NCBI RefSeq assembly: GCF_030684315.1
Contig: NC_081396.1
Location: 4,154,001 to 4,218,000, forward strand
Reading direction: 5' to 3'
DNA from: Stegostoma tigrinum
Lineage: Eukaryota
DNA length: 64,000 nucleotides
Shown here one piece after another: positions 27,051 through 40,453 of the stretch. The stretch's first letter is position 1. Each line of letters starts with the position of its first letter. The position numbers and the translations under genes were made by a program. The notes under the pieces are model-generated. The model ran no database searches and was not told the origin of the DNA. It saw nothing but the letters and a program-made list of their open reading frames with translations.

Positions 27051-28117
27051 CCTCTTTGTGTCAGAAAGTTATCTAACACACTTAATCAAAGAGCCAAGGT
27101 ATTTTACAACTCAAAAGCAACAATATCTTACTTCAGCTTGAAATCATCTATGAACTGAAAAAAAGAACAAAATATTACCAGAGGAGATCACCAGCAAAAA
27201 GACCTGTTCATTGATGCAACCTCTCGTTGCTTTTTACATGACATAGCGCTGAGCTTCCTTTAAGTATTATATTTTTAAAAAGAAGATTTTTTTAAAGCCA
27301 AGCTTAGTATCATTCAGCCCCTTTTTACCAGTGATCATGTTTAGCATTTTGGTTTTTTTTTCTATCACTGTTAACATTGTGTAGTTTAAGTACTCTAATG
27401 TGTTTTATGTTGTAAACTTAAACAAGCAAAAAGGGAATGGAATTGCACACAGTGTTGAAACCAACAGCAATCTGCACGTTTATTCCGGAGGCTGACAGGG
27501 TGCATTCTCTCTCACAGGCAGGAAATTTGTTTGCGCTGATAACATGCAACTAACTCCCGTTGTATCATTCTCACCTAATACACAACTTCCTGTTTCTCTG
27601 TGCCGTTGCCAAGCCATACATATCACTTCTGATCAGAAAGTAGTTCTCAAGAACAATCTGCCGGAACCATCTGCCAACGTGACCTATATCTGGACAGAGA
27701 GTGGGCAGTCATCGATCACTCTGAAGTGATAAATACAAATTGACGTTTTGTGGTCTGTTTAAAGTTTGATACCAGAATGTCGTTGAGTCAGTCTCAGGAC
27801 CATATACTAAATGCATTCGATTCTCTAAATTCTGAACACATAGATTGCACCTTTAATGTTTGGATCATTGTAATTTTTGTTACATTTATTAAGACTTAAT
27901 GTTCCTTTCATCAGCTTTAGATTCGTATCCATCATGTCCCCATCCAGATACATTCTGTTTGATATAATTCTGAGATTTTATTGAACTGGAAAAGTTCAAA
28001 GAACACATTATTTTGCACTGACAGTTGTGTCGATGCATCAGATAACATATTTAATGCACATAGAGACCCCATTTTCTGTACCGACAGTGGACATCATTGT
28101 ATTTAAACAAAAGCAAC

Positions 28118-28430
28118 TGGGGAGGTACAATGGCTTCGTGATTAGCACTGCTAGTAGCGCCAGGGCCCCGCATTCGAAACCATCTTCATGCAACTGAGAG
28201 TGTGGAGTCTGCACGTTTTCACCATTTCTGCCAGCTGCTCCAGGTTCATCCCACAGTTCAAAGAAATGCAAGTTCGGTAGATCAGCCATTCTCCGTTGCC
28301 CATAGGGCCCAGGGATGTGTAGGTTATCTGTGTTAACCAAAGGAATATTCAGGGTGTTGTGCCCTTCGGACAGTTGCTGTGGGCTCGGTGGTCCAAGTAG
28401 CCTGATTCCATGCTGGAAGATAATACTGTA
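28118..28430 (+). mobile_element. HE1/V-SINE-type tRNA-derived SINE
   Basis: tRNA-like head (TTAGCACTGCT…TTCGAAACC) and V-domain core TGTGGAGTCTGCACGTT…CCCACAGT. Confidence 0.8.
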
Positions 28431-28769
28431 TTCAAATTTCAAAATTTGGAATTCCTCTGTTTTAGAATGAGTTTATTCTGAAAATTGATTATTATCTGAA
28501 TTATTTCAGAAACCATAGCTACCTGAAAATTTCAACTTTGAACAGTTTCAAATGTTATGCAAGTTTGCGGTCATGATGTTTCCTTTGGTGAAATTCTGAT
28601 ATTTAATCTTTTCATATATAATTTGCTTCTCACAGAAGATTTTAAAACTGATATCTCCGAATTATCTGCTGTGGCCTTTGCATGTCGATAAAAATTGCAA
28701 GCTATTGGTAAGAACCAGAATGAACACAATGTTTTTTGTTTCCTATGTCATTAGTTCATTTCTTAAAAA

Positions 28770-30130
28770 TTCATTTCTTGGAAATGGGCGTTTCCGCTTG
28801 GCCAGCATTACTACCCAATCTTAGTTGCCTTTGAGAAGGTGATGGTGAGCTGCCCTTTTAAACCACGGCAGTTCAAAATGCCATTAACGAGGGTATTCCA
28901 GGATATTGACCCACTGGCATCAAAGGAAGGGTGATATATTTACAAGTCAGGATGGAGAGTGGCTTGTTGGTGAAATTTAAGGTCGTGGCGTCCAGGCCCT
29001 TGTCTATCCTAATTGAAATGGCCGAGGGTTAGGCAAGTGTTGTCTGAGGATCTTTGGTGAAGTTTTGCATTTCACCTTGTAGATAACACGTACTACTACG
29101 ACTGAGCCTCAATGCCAGTCGGAATGGATGTTTGTGACTACAATACCAATAAAATGTGGTGTTTTGTCCTGGATGGTGTAAAACCTCTTGGGTGTTTTTG
29201 AGGCTGCACTCATCCAGGAAAATGGGAAGCATTCCAAAAAAGTCTTCACTTAAACCTTATACATGTTAGACAGGCTAAAGAAGTAGGGAAGTGAGTTACT
29301 TGCGACAGCATTCCAATCTTCTCTCTTGTCTTTTTAATTACTGTGTTTCTATGGTAAGTTCAGGTGTAATTTCTGATCAATTATAAGCGCCAGGATGTTG
29401 ACATTAAGGATTTAATGATGGTAAAACTTTGAATGCCACGGACCAACAGATGGATCATGTTTTATTTGTGATATTCAGGGCTTAATATTTGTATGGTGCA
29501 AATTTTACTTACCACTGATCAGCACACACCTGTATACTTTTCAAATCTTGTTGCATTTGAACATTATCTGCCTCAGTGCCTCAAAATTCCCGAATGGAAC
29601 TGAATATTGTGCATTAATCATTGAACATTATCACTTCTGACTTTATGATGGAACGAAGGTCATTGATGAAGCTGATGAAGACGTTTGTGCTCAGGATACT
29701 ATCCTGAGGAACTCCTGCAGAGACGTCATGGAGCTGAGATGACTGATCGCCAACAACCATGACTGTATTCACAAATGTCAGGTGGGAATCCAACCACCAG
29801 GAATTTAACCTGCTCATATGCTTTGATTTCAGTTTTGCCAGCGGTCTTTGGTGCAAAATTCTGTCGAAAGCAGCCTTGACGTTAAGGGTGATCACTGTTG
29901 CCCCACCTCTGGAATTCAGTTCTTTTGTCCATATATGGGCCAATGCTGCAATGAGTTCAGGAGCTGACTTGTCCTGGCAGAAACCAAAGTGGGCATAACT
30001 AAGAAGTTCACTGCTGAGCAGGTTCTGCTTGATAGCATTGACAATGTCACGTAACACCACTTTACTGATGACCGATTACAGACTGATGTACTCGGCCAGA
30101 TTGGGTTTGGCCTGTTTTTTATGTGCATGA
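28770..30130 (-). mobile_element. CR1/L2-group LINE, RT and 3' end, degraded
   Basis: ORF 29614-30060: HFGF…TLNVKAAFDRILHQ…VSAGVPQDSILS…FIND (RT motifs). Confidence 0.85.
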
Positions 30131-31514
30131 CGTACTTTCACAATTTTCCTCATTATTTGAAAGCACAAATCTTTAATTCTACTGCCAAAATTTTATCACA
30201 CAGAGGCGAGGAAGAGGTGAGGATGGCAGATTTCCTTCCCTGAATGTCATTAGTGAACAACATTGGATTTTTCAACAATCACCAAATGAATTAATAGCTA
30301 TCAATCGACTCTTCATTCCAGATTGTTTCAAATTCAATTCACTTTCTACCATCTTTCAGGCCGTGATATATGCTGAAATTTTATAAAGTCCAAGAAGCCT
30401 CTGTGTCTGTCCTCTTTTTGCAGGGTAGAAAGCATTTCTGATACATCTTGTGTCAGTTTCTAACCACGTCGGTAATGAGTCTCTCACTCAGCTTGGGCCA
30501 TTTTATCAGACCTCTGATATTTACTACAACACTGTGTTCGGCCTTAAACTGTCAAATCCTTCTTGACTTCAATTTCCTTTTAACTTCATATGTATATTAT
30601 GTTCATTGCTTACGAGATGTAATAACAGTGATAATTATTGTCATTCCAGGTGCATTGCACACTTTCTCGGGAGCTACAGAGTCCTTCTACATCTCCACCG
30701 AGAGAAATAATGTTTTTTTTTTAAATAATGGGATGATATTTTAAATCTTCTATTAACCATCGTTAACCATACCTTTGTTGTATGGACATGCTGCAAACAG
30801 AAGATCTGCCTTTCATTCCCTTTACGATTTCTCAGGGTGAAAGAAAATGCTAAACAAATCCAATCAGAATTAATTATATTATACCCTCCCTGTGAAACTT
30901 TACCCAGTCAATGTACAATCTACTAAATAATAAACCTCTGGCATGACAATGGATCCAAATCCTCAAATATGGTCTGGCCGTTCCCAGTTTTTAATAACGT
31001 TGTGAAAAGGCTACCTTGCACACCTGTGGGGAAAAAAGTGAAATGTCAGAAACATATTTTTAATTTCAGTGATGCCAATTTTAATAAAGTGTCAGTGCTT
31101 TGTTTCATGATGTTACCTGATCTGTGGATATAATTACAATATTTTCTTTTTTTTGTTTTTATTTTCCTGTACGAGGTGCCTTAGGCGTGCTATTAAAAAA
31201 CACTTCAATTCATTAATGTTGAAACACCATTTGTTTCTATCAAACGGAGCTTGGAAATATTATATGAATGGGCGTTGATCTCACAGATAATTATATCAGG
31301 CAGAATCTTGACTTGATTGCACTAAATACTAACTTTATCATCATCACACTATATTCTGTGATGTGTTAAGTAATGCATTGAGGATTCTCTCTCTGATAGT
31401 TCAGTTGCAAACATGATGTTTATTCCAACCACCTTCACTGTTACATGTGTCCACTCTTGTTATATCAGAATCGATCACTGCATTGGATACGGTAAAGTCA
31501 AAACTTCCATTCAA

Positions 31515-34500
31515 ATGTGGCAACAAATGGTTATTATGATTTTTGCAATGTTTGTCCTTGTCAGATTTGAACAGGCAAGAAGTTTGAGGCAAAGGTAAAA
31601 TGTAACTCTGTTTTTTTACTCCTCCACTAAGACATGTTTCAGTTGCAATTTTACACAGTATGTCTTCAATTACAATTACACAATGACTTGTCCATTCTAA
31701 ATGTAAATCTGACTCTTGTTCTACTATTTCTGGTGGGGGCTGCGTCTTCTTTTGCTTTTCTGCAGCTGTAATTTCATTGTATTTGCTGAACGCGCAAATA
31801 TCTGTATCTAATAAACACTAAATCCTGTCCTTGATCTTATTGTTGGGGTCAGCATCTATTTTTATGTTACCTGAGATTTATTCCCTTGGAATAAGGAATT
31901 CTTGTTTGCCTCCCCTTTTATCACAGCAGATTGCAATGTTGTTTTGAGTATATTGGCAAGGCTTTCTGCTCATATTACACTAGAGCCAGGCCCGTTTAAC
32001 CAACGGTTGCACAGAACAGACAAGAACAGTTGAGTCAATCAATGAAACGAATTGGAATACGTCCAGTTGACGTTCCGAATGCTTGGATCATATTAACATA
32101 AACCGTACAGTGTAATGTAAAACCTGCCAAAAAACCAACAAATAAGAACAATAACTGAGGTAAATCTCTATTACCAGAGCGTGATGGATCTGACATACAA
32201 AATGCAGGGGATGATTTGTGTGTACATCTCGGAACGTCATAGTGTAATTTTAGCCACTACATGATTCAGCACAATCTTACATAAGCATGGTAAACCAAAG
32301 ATGAAGCGGATTTTGGTTCAAGGCTATCTGAACTGACACTGAGCTTATCACAGAAACAACTGAGAAATGGCTTGATTTATCATGGTCAAAGTCAAGGTTT
32401 GGTGGAATGCATTGTTGCTGTCAAAGCTGCGAAACCATCCATGTCAGTTGTATCACGTGGCATTTGCGCTGGATGAAAAGAATGACATGGTGTTTGGAAC
32501 ACATTAATAGCCGTTCAGCCCTTCTTGTCTCCTTTAATCCTCTGAAAAGTCAACTGTTTTGATTTTTGTTTGATAATGACGAATTATTTCTTAATACATA
32601 CAGTTCCTGCTGCCAGTGCTATATTCTCGATCATTATTTTCCAGAGCCATTTTCCGCACTGTCTTATGAAATTTGACTTCTCCATATTCACATTTTTTTT
32701 TGACAATTATTTTGTTTCGGTGCCTTGTACTTCACGATCGATTCAGAAAGGGGAACATTTCTCACTTATCTGGTCGTAAGAAAATCCCTCACTACGTTGA
32801 ACATATCTATCAATCGCATCTCAGACATTTCTCTACCAAAGAAAACTGCCCCAACTTCTACAACATGCCATTAAACTAAAGCTCCTTTAAGGGATGCACA
32901 ATCTTGAATCTTGAAGGCATGCTCAATATCACGCCTGGAATTTCTGCCCAAAACTGAAACCTGCGTCGAAGTGAGACCTAATCCGTGTGTCAACTAGGTT
33001 TAAAAATCTTCCTTGCTTTTACGTGATATTACATGTATGTTTGTGCACATGCTTCTGTATTTTATCTACTCGCCCTTCCTCCCTAAATTATTCGAGGCAA
33101 AACCCTCTGAGCTAAATTTCATGTGTCGCCCGTCGGCCCAATTTACAAAGCTCAATAGATCCTTCTGAAATTTCGAACTATCTTCCTTCAGTTCAGAATA
33201 GCTGCTCGATTCTTGCTGGATCAAAGAGTGAAGTTGTGAGATTTATCAAAACACCCGTGCTCACAATCACAGAACTACTGGAGACAAAGTCGTGGAAACA
33301 AGTTCTTTTATTGCGAGTCTGCAGAGTTGGGTGCCCCCGGAGAACCGGAGAGACCCTGATACAGAGTTTGCAGTCTTCTTTTATACATCCTATTCATAAT
33401 ATATTCAGGCGCCAATGTTTGTATTCCCTCGGGCCTCCCTAAGTGGGGGTCCCCATCTGTTTTCAGCTCTGGCTTTTACTATTCTCTACTACGCGTGTGC
33501 CATAGCTGCCTGTGGCCACATACTCCTCACCTTTCACCTAGTTAGCCCCAAGTGTTTCCCGCATCCAGTTTTATCTGGTTCTTAATCGCTCCTTATTGTT
33601 ATCTTCTGCTCACTGAAGCGGATCCCCCATACTGTGCACTGCCGCCTCACCACTTCTCCTTACTGCTATCACATCTGTGACTAAATTCCTGTCCAAGTGT
33701 TAACTGTTGTGCCTAAGTTCATGCACTAGTGTTAACGGTAGTTTAACCACTGTCCTGTAGCACTCCGTTTCTCTCAAAGTAATGCACTGTATGCAATAAC
33801 TTGGTCAAAAACATATATGAAAACAGTCACAGTTCAAATATTGACACCTACAGAATAGCGAGACGAACCTCCTTTGAACCGAGAACACACTCAACTGTCC
33901 CTTTTGATCCATCATTTCTTTAATTTGCTTGAATGTGTTCAAACCAGTTTTGAAGCACACATGATTCACATTACTCAGATTAGGGCAAGAACTAGTATGT
34001 TAATACAAAGAAGAAGCAAACAAATTTGTTCACATGAGTGGCCCTGAGAAATCCATGAACGATAATTTCAACAAAATCATTTCCAATGTTCTGAGGGCTC
34101 ATCTATCGTCTGTGCAGTGTTTTGAACCTTAAGTTACGCTCAATTGCTGATGAACTGAGCTTACTTGTGTCAAAATAAGTTGAATGCTGTTAAATTTGCT
34201 CATTTTGTTTTTGCTGATCTTTGCTGAATAAAGGGATGTTGCCCCGGGCATCACCTGGAGAACATTAGACCGTTAATTTCCTGAAAGGTCAGACTGCAAT
34301 TTTGTTGAAATGTGATACGATTCAAATGAAAGGTAGGGCCATTTCCGATATAAATTAGGTAAATTAGAACCTATGAATTTGACAAGCATGGATTTAGAAT
34401 TACAAAAGATGTCACCACAGTAAGAAATCACTTCTCCCAATGGGTCTGTGTAATCCAGAAACATACCTTCAAGCTTATGCATACCATCTCGAGTATTGTC

Positions 34501-34900
34501 CATATCACTGAAGGTTACAGCACTCGAAGTACATCTTCAAACGGATTTTACTGTTTCTGTCCTCACCATCCATTTAGCAACACAACGTCTGGAATCAGCA
34601 CTGTGACTTAGCTACCAAACACTGATATCTAAACACGTTTAGTACCGAGCTGTCCCCTATGTTGGAGACTTTTTTCTCATACATTTTATCCAGCATGAAA
34701 TTTGTGTACTTCTCAAGAAAAAATCCCCAATAATTCCTGTGTTCAACCATGAGCAAATCCAACTAAACTAAAATTTCCTTACTGTTTCTTTTTTTCACAG
34801 TCCTAGCATGATCCTCCTCATCTCACCAAAAAAAAGAAGTTCTGTCCATGATGATGCTTGCGGCTCTCTGTGTGTTCACACGATGTCTGTGTTGGTGTGT
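31515..34900 (+). pseudogene. Candidate decayed Ig-superfamily receptor gene (leader, V-like, V-like, TM-like)
   Basis: Hydrophobic leader MWQQMVIMIFAMFVLV… ending at a GT donor (31595). AG-preceded segments at 31927 and 34234 carry V-set motifs (GQTAILLKC…ISDIN[W→stop]…LKVTALE…GFY.FC). Hydrophobic segment after the acceptor at 34800. Confidence 0.35.
33235..33776 (-). mobile_element. Solo LTR (542 bp), ERV- or Gypsy-like
   Basis: TG…CA termini (TGTGAGA…TCTCTCA), 4-bp TSD AAGT (33231-33234, 33777-33780). On −, TATAAAA (33379-33385) lies upstream of AATAAA (33307-33312). Confidence 0.8.
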
Positions 34901-35544
34901 AAATTTATTTCAATTGTTATTGTTCTTTTTTATTCTCGTGAACATTAATTGATAGGCCATTGACTGACCTTTCATCAGGAACGATGGCATTGATGCGTTG
35001 TTCCCAAGTATTTATGTCAAAATATCGCTAATCAGGGAAGAACCAATAAACAATCAATGCAGTCAGAAAAAAAAGTGCATCGTGTATAATCCATTTTCCA
35101 AAGCAGGTATGATATTGATTGCTGCAAATGCAAGCTGAGAAGGAAAATGCGGTGTCTGTTATTGCTTGTGATAAACTAGACAGCTATTCCAAACAGTTGC
35201 TGCAGCCCTGAGAAAATGTGCTGATCAAAGTAACCTGACATAATTTATGTTCACATTTTCCCCAGAAATACCAGCAGCAACAATTCTTTATTCAATCAAG
35301 ATCAGCATAATAACTTCAGAAATATAAATGCACATGCCTTTCCTTCATTTGATGTTGACACCGAAGTTTTCTCCATGCCCAAATCAAATTCAATGGTTCA
35401 CCATTCCCTGGTGTCACCTTGTTCTTGTAAGCAAGAGATGCATCTGCAAATTATATTCAGGATGGTACTGTAAGTATTTCGACATGCACTGTGTATTCAA
35501 GGATCTTTTAAAAAAAAAATCAGCAATGTGATCATGACACGGTC

Positions 35545-35682
35545 ATTTACTTTTGTGATTGTGGCTGAAACAAGAGATAATTGGCCAATAATAGAATGTT
35601 GATTCCCTTTCAGTTCTTTGAACTAATACGATGGGATCCTATATGCACAACTGGGATGGCAGAGATTCTCAGTTTAACACCA
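35545..35682 (+). repeat. 138-bp direct repeat, copy 1, containing a Deu-domain (SacSINE1/AmnSINE-like) fragment
   Basis: About 6 mismatches to 37259-37396. ATGGGATC…GGCAGA…GTTTAAC resembles the DeuSINE core. Confidence 0.8.
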
Positions 35683-35849
35683 CCGGGAAATGGAGCCACA
35701 GTTGGTCTACCAGATAATTACTGTGATTGTATATATACATTAAGATGACATGAATAAGTTGAACACTTGGCATTTACTGGCTGTCCTGTAACTTGTGGAT
35801 GCATGAGTAACTCAGGCTGATGTTGCATTTTCTTGTGATCACCCCTGTG

Positions 35850-36190
35850 AAACCTGACTAATAGAACAGGGAGAATGTTCCCAATGTTGGTGTGTCCAAA
35901 ATCAGGGACCACAGTCTTACGATTCGGGGTAGAGAATTTACGACTGAAATTAGAAGACATTTCTGCGTCCAAAGCATTGTGAGGCTTTGGAATTCAATAC
36001 AACAGGAAATAGTTGACAACAAAACATTGGGTGTATTAAAGAGGTTGCACTTGTGGACATTGGGATCAAAGGTTATGGAGAGAAAGTACGATTTGGCGAC
36101 TGAGTTGGTTGATTAACCATGATCATGATAAATAGCGGACCAAGCTCAAAGGACATATTGGCCTTCTCCTGCTCTAATTTTCTGTGCTTC
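35850..36190 (+). mobile_element. CR1 3' end fragment
   Basis: ORF RDHSLTIRGREFTTEIRRHFCVQSIVRLWNS. Confidence 0.8.
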
Positions 36191-37258
36191 TCAAAGCCCT
36201 GACTGTGAGCCTGGCCTTGTAGTCAACTCCACGTGAGCTTTATTATTCTTGCATTCCATGATAAAAATCAAAATATATCATTGGTTCCACATATTACTGA
36301 ACATTAATTCAAAGGAAATATTGACAAACGGATACATCTTCTTTAAATCAACATTTTTTTTTCTCAGGCTACTGACTGGAAGACAAAAATTGATTGTGAT
36401 ACACCAATCAATTTGAAATGATGGCAATGTTGACAATCATTAAGCGAATGGGACACACCAATCACTTACAAGTTACAATTTCTTTTAGAAAATGGAGAGA
36501 TATGGAACTCCGAATGGACGGAAATGGTTCATGATTAAGTAAATGCTAATTTCTTACTGATACGTAGGAATTGTGAAATAAAGGAGACGTGTGAATTATT
36601 TTGTAATATAGTCAACTGTGAAATAATGATGGACTGGAATTGTGTCATTGCTCGTATTTCCCTCCCTACTGTTCATTGATGCCAAAAAAGTTACTGCTAA
36701 GAGATGCTTTTTGAAGACAAATTTAAACTGCGTAAAAAACGATTTGATAATCTCATGATGTGGGAGAGAGCCTCTGAAAGTGAGGAGCAATTAACATTGA
36801 TTAGTTCCGCAGTTGTTCCCTAAAAGAAAACACTTCAGAAATTATTGATCAAGGAAAACTGTTTATTTTTCTTTATGCTGAAACATTCAAAAGGATGGTC
36901 TGCTTTCAATGATATTTAACAGAAATCTGCCAAACAGGCCTATTCCTCAATATTTCCGTGTTGATTTCTTGTTGGAGACATGCGTCATTAACATACCAAG
37001 CACGCTGTGTTCAACAAATATCAAAACAGAGAGGCAACTGCGTGAAAAGAGGCAATTTGATCACTCGCATGCCACAGTAACATAGGACAAGTACAACAGG
37101 CATCGTTCTCATAATGAGCACTATTGTTGCTGTGAGACGTAAAGTGGGTGACGATATGTTGAGTGTTGTGTCCTATATAATGGAATCATATGTTCGAAAT
37201 AGTGAATTGGTTCCTTCTGAATCGAAGGAAGCCCCCGATTTGTATTTTTGAGAGAAAG

Positions 37259-37396
37259 ATTTACTTTTGTGTTTGTGGCTGAAACAAAAGATAATTGGCC
37301 AATAATAGAATGTTGATTCCCATTCAGTTCATTGAACTAATACGATGGGATCCTATATGCGCAACTGGGATGGCAGAGATTCTCAGTTTAACGCCA
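37259..37396 (+). repeat. 138-bp direct repeat, copy 2
   Basis: Near-identical to 35545-35682. Confidence 0.85.
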
Positions 37397-37689
37397 GTAA
37401 GCAGTAAACAAGCATGAGTGTCATTGGGCGAGATTTAAATTACTGTGAATGAAGTCCAATTTATCATTTACAAATGCATATTTTTTTATTTTAATACGAC
37501 GGGGGGAGAACAGAAGATAGCAGACTGACACATTTTTAATAATTGACCTCCCTCAAGCAGTGAAACCAACAACCAAAAATTAGAATTTTGAAGACCATTT
37601 CTTTTTATGTATTGATAAATCATTTGATTATTCCATTCGTGCATCCATTCGTTCTGTTTGTCTGTCTCAAATTCTATTCCTCTGTCTAG

Positions 37690-38420
37690 ATCACATGGCA
37701 TTCAGAATGTGGTTGCCAATTGGATGCATAAATGGGTAAATGGCAAGAGGCAGAGAGTGGTGGTGGAGGGTTATGATTTCGACTGGTGACTTGTTTCCCA
37801 TTGATGTTCCACAGGGATTGGTGCTAGGTGAACTTATGTTTAACATTTATGTGAAAGATTTAGCTGAGAAACTCGAAGTCCTGGTTTACATGTTGATGGT
37901 TGAGATAAGAATTGCTGGGATAATGGACAATGATGAAAATTATTTAAGATTAAAACGTGATCATGATCAATTGGATCAATGGACTGAGGAGAGCAGATGG
38001 AGTTCAATAGAACAGACAGAACTGGTGGTTGAGGATCATACTACTTTGGTGTTGGCATCAGAGCATGTTTAAGAAGATGTGTCTCAGCCTTGCCTTTGTT
38101 GATCAATCAGTTGAGTCCACGAGCTGGGAAGTCATGTCCAGGACGATCTTGAGGCTTCTTCTAAACTAATGTGTCCAGTGGTGGTCGACTTGTTACAGGG
38201 AAAAAAATATAATTTAGTTGGAGCGATTTGAGAAACTATTTCCCAGGATTTTGCTTGGAATGGAGGGCTTGAGTTATAAGCAGCCACTTATGCAGAAGTA
38301 CATATATCAGAAGAGTTTTGAACGATATGGGCCAAGCACAGTCAGGTGGATCTAGTTCAGTTTAGGATTATGATCGACATGGACTCTTTAGACTTAAGTA
38401 CCAGTTCCTGTGCTCTTTTA
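37690..38420 (+). mobile_element. CR1 fragment with internal deletions
   Basis: ORF DVPQGLVLGELMFNIYVKDL…RLKRDHDQLDQW. Confidence 0.8.
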
Positions 38421-38532
38421 CTATCTGAATATCTATCTATCTACTCTCTGTCTGCCTCTCTGTCGATCTGTCTATTTATCTATCTATCTGCCTATCCATC
38501 TATCTTTTATCTATCTATCTACTGACCTATCT
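38420..38532 (+). repeat. Degenerate (TATC/TCTG)n microsatellite
   Basis: Visible ATCT/TCTG iterations. Confidence 0.8.
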
Positions 38533-39976
38533 CAACATCCTAATGGTCTGTAGTGATCTTTCAGAGAATTAATATTTCCATAGTGTCTGTAACTCTACAA
38601 ATACTTCCTTTCACGAGAAAGTTACACAACGGAAAGATAAACATTTCTCCAACATTGTTGCAATGTGTATTTGTTTATGCAGATGTGATGGGTATGTTCC
38701 GAAGCTGTTTTGAAGCCATGCCATCAACAGTGAGGAAAAATATCTTTGACAAACTGCTGAAACTCCAAATGCTTCCAATACGTGAATCTTTGAACTCCAG
38801 AATATTTTCTGCAATTGGCTTGATTGCTGTCAGACATTGTGCCTGGCAGATTAAAGGCACATGAATGGGGTGATATTGTGGCATAGATAGTTGTAGCATT
38901 CTCTGATCCTTTAAACTGAGTGAGCAATTTATAAATGGCTGGCGCTGATTTCATGTAATGCTTAACTTCTGCGAATGTCTCTTATTTAACAGTGCCTGTC
39001 AAAGCTACCAATGTACAGAGAATTGACCTGTTTATGAACTGCATCAGTGGCAATCATTGTAATGCTCTCGAACTGAGCATACGCTCATGATGTACCTACA
39101 CAGTTACCGACAATTATTTGTTTGCTGGGGCTATTTTATCTTTTTAGCTTGCGGAGTGGCCTGTTTTGCTTCATTTCATTCTCTTTCAAAAGTTTATCTG
39201 AGTGTTCGGTTTTACTGTCAGTACACTGTTTATTTACTCGTCATGCAGTTTTCCATTAATGTGCATTTTCAAATGATTATATTGGGCCAAACCAGTCTGA
39301 AAAAAATAAAGGAGAGATGTTCTTCAATGTAATGATTTATTCCTTGTTTCTGAATTCAGACTGTTTCGACACATGCACCTCTATTCTGAACATAATCATT
39401 TTGGGCGTGTACCGTATTAACTTGTTGAAATTGAATTTAGGAACGTCTGTTATGAATTATGCTTTTCTTTGTCTGTGTGACAGAGACTTGGAGTGTCTCC
39501 AAGAAGTAATTTTGTAGGCTGATAATATTATTGAACATTTTACTCGTTTCATCTGCTTATCAATGAAGTTCAAGAAATGAAGTAAGTTCAATTCCAATTG
39601 GAAAATTTTTGTCTAAAGTAAAATAATGAAAGCTGTCATCTGCACAATACCTCACGCTGCTTCATTGTACCTTCCCTACTAAAAATATGGGAATACGTCC
39701 AATCAAAATGTATAACAAAACAAATATCCCAAGACGGAAAAATGTCCATGTTAAAGAGTAACCTCGCATAAATATATCAGTCCATCGTTGAGGGCTGCAG
39801 AAGGTTGTACGAGGATTCAGTCGGAGCCTCCAGCAGGAATCCGATGGGTGGAGCCTGTGAACCTGCCACCTGTGATGGGCAGAAAAATTCTGGTTACTGG
39901 ACTGTAATTCAACATTCTTCGATCTGGGGTTTGTTCAGAAAGGTCTTGGCAGAAACATCTTCCCCAAGATATCAGA

Positions 39977-40452
39977 ATGATGACGACAATTTTTCTGATA
40001 TTTTTACTTACTGTCTTATCCTGTGTGTACTATTTCTTCACGTTTCTGTTTGTCATTGTCCCCAGTGTCAGTCGACTTCTGTAATGTAAAAGATTCAGAA
40101 ATCAGTTCATCAGTAAAAATCGTCATGTTTTTTGCTTTATTTCTGAAGGTGTCCAGTCGGAGGTTATTTAGGTTCAACCAGAGGCAGAGACCGGACGTCC
40201 TGCAGGCTCCATGAGTCTGACCTGCAAAACCAGCGGATTCGATGTTGGCAGTTACACAATGTATTGGATCCGACAGGTTCCTGGACAGGGGCTGGAGTGG
40301 TTTCTTTACTACTATAGTTCATCGGACAATAACAATGCGCCAGCGATTAAAGATTGATTTACTGCGTCCAAAGACACTTCAAACAATATCTTCACGTTGG
40401 ACATGAAGAGCCTGATGAACGAAGACACCGCCATCTATTACTCTGCAAGAGA
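39977..40452 (+). pseudogene. IGHV: Shark IgM-type immunoglobulin heavy-chain V segment pseudogene (leader exon 39977-40022, intron 40023-40148, V exon 40149-40452)
   Basis: Spliced translation: [114 protein letters not shown]. Stops at 40169 and 40355; second Cys replaced by Ser (TCT 40442). Confidence 0.96.
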
Positions 40453-40453
40453 A

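Noticed and set aside
31927-31999. Alternative frame LQCCFEYIGKAFCSYY resembling a CC chemokine exon
   Set aside because: Stops after about 24 codons, has no donor or third exon, and another frame fits an Ig fold at least as well.
38683-39090. Acceptor plus VSYLTVPVK…C…H, reminiscent of a C1-domain end
   Set aside because: No matching N-terminal Cys/Trp and many stops; indistinguishable from chance.
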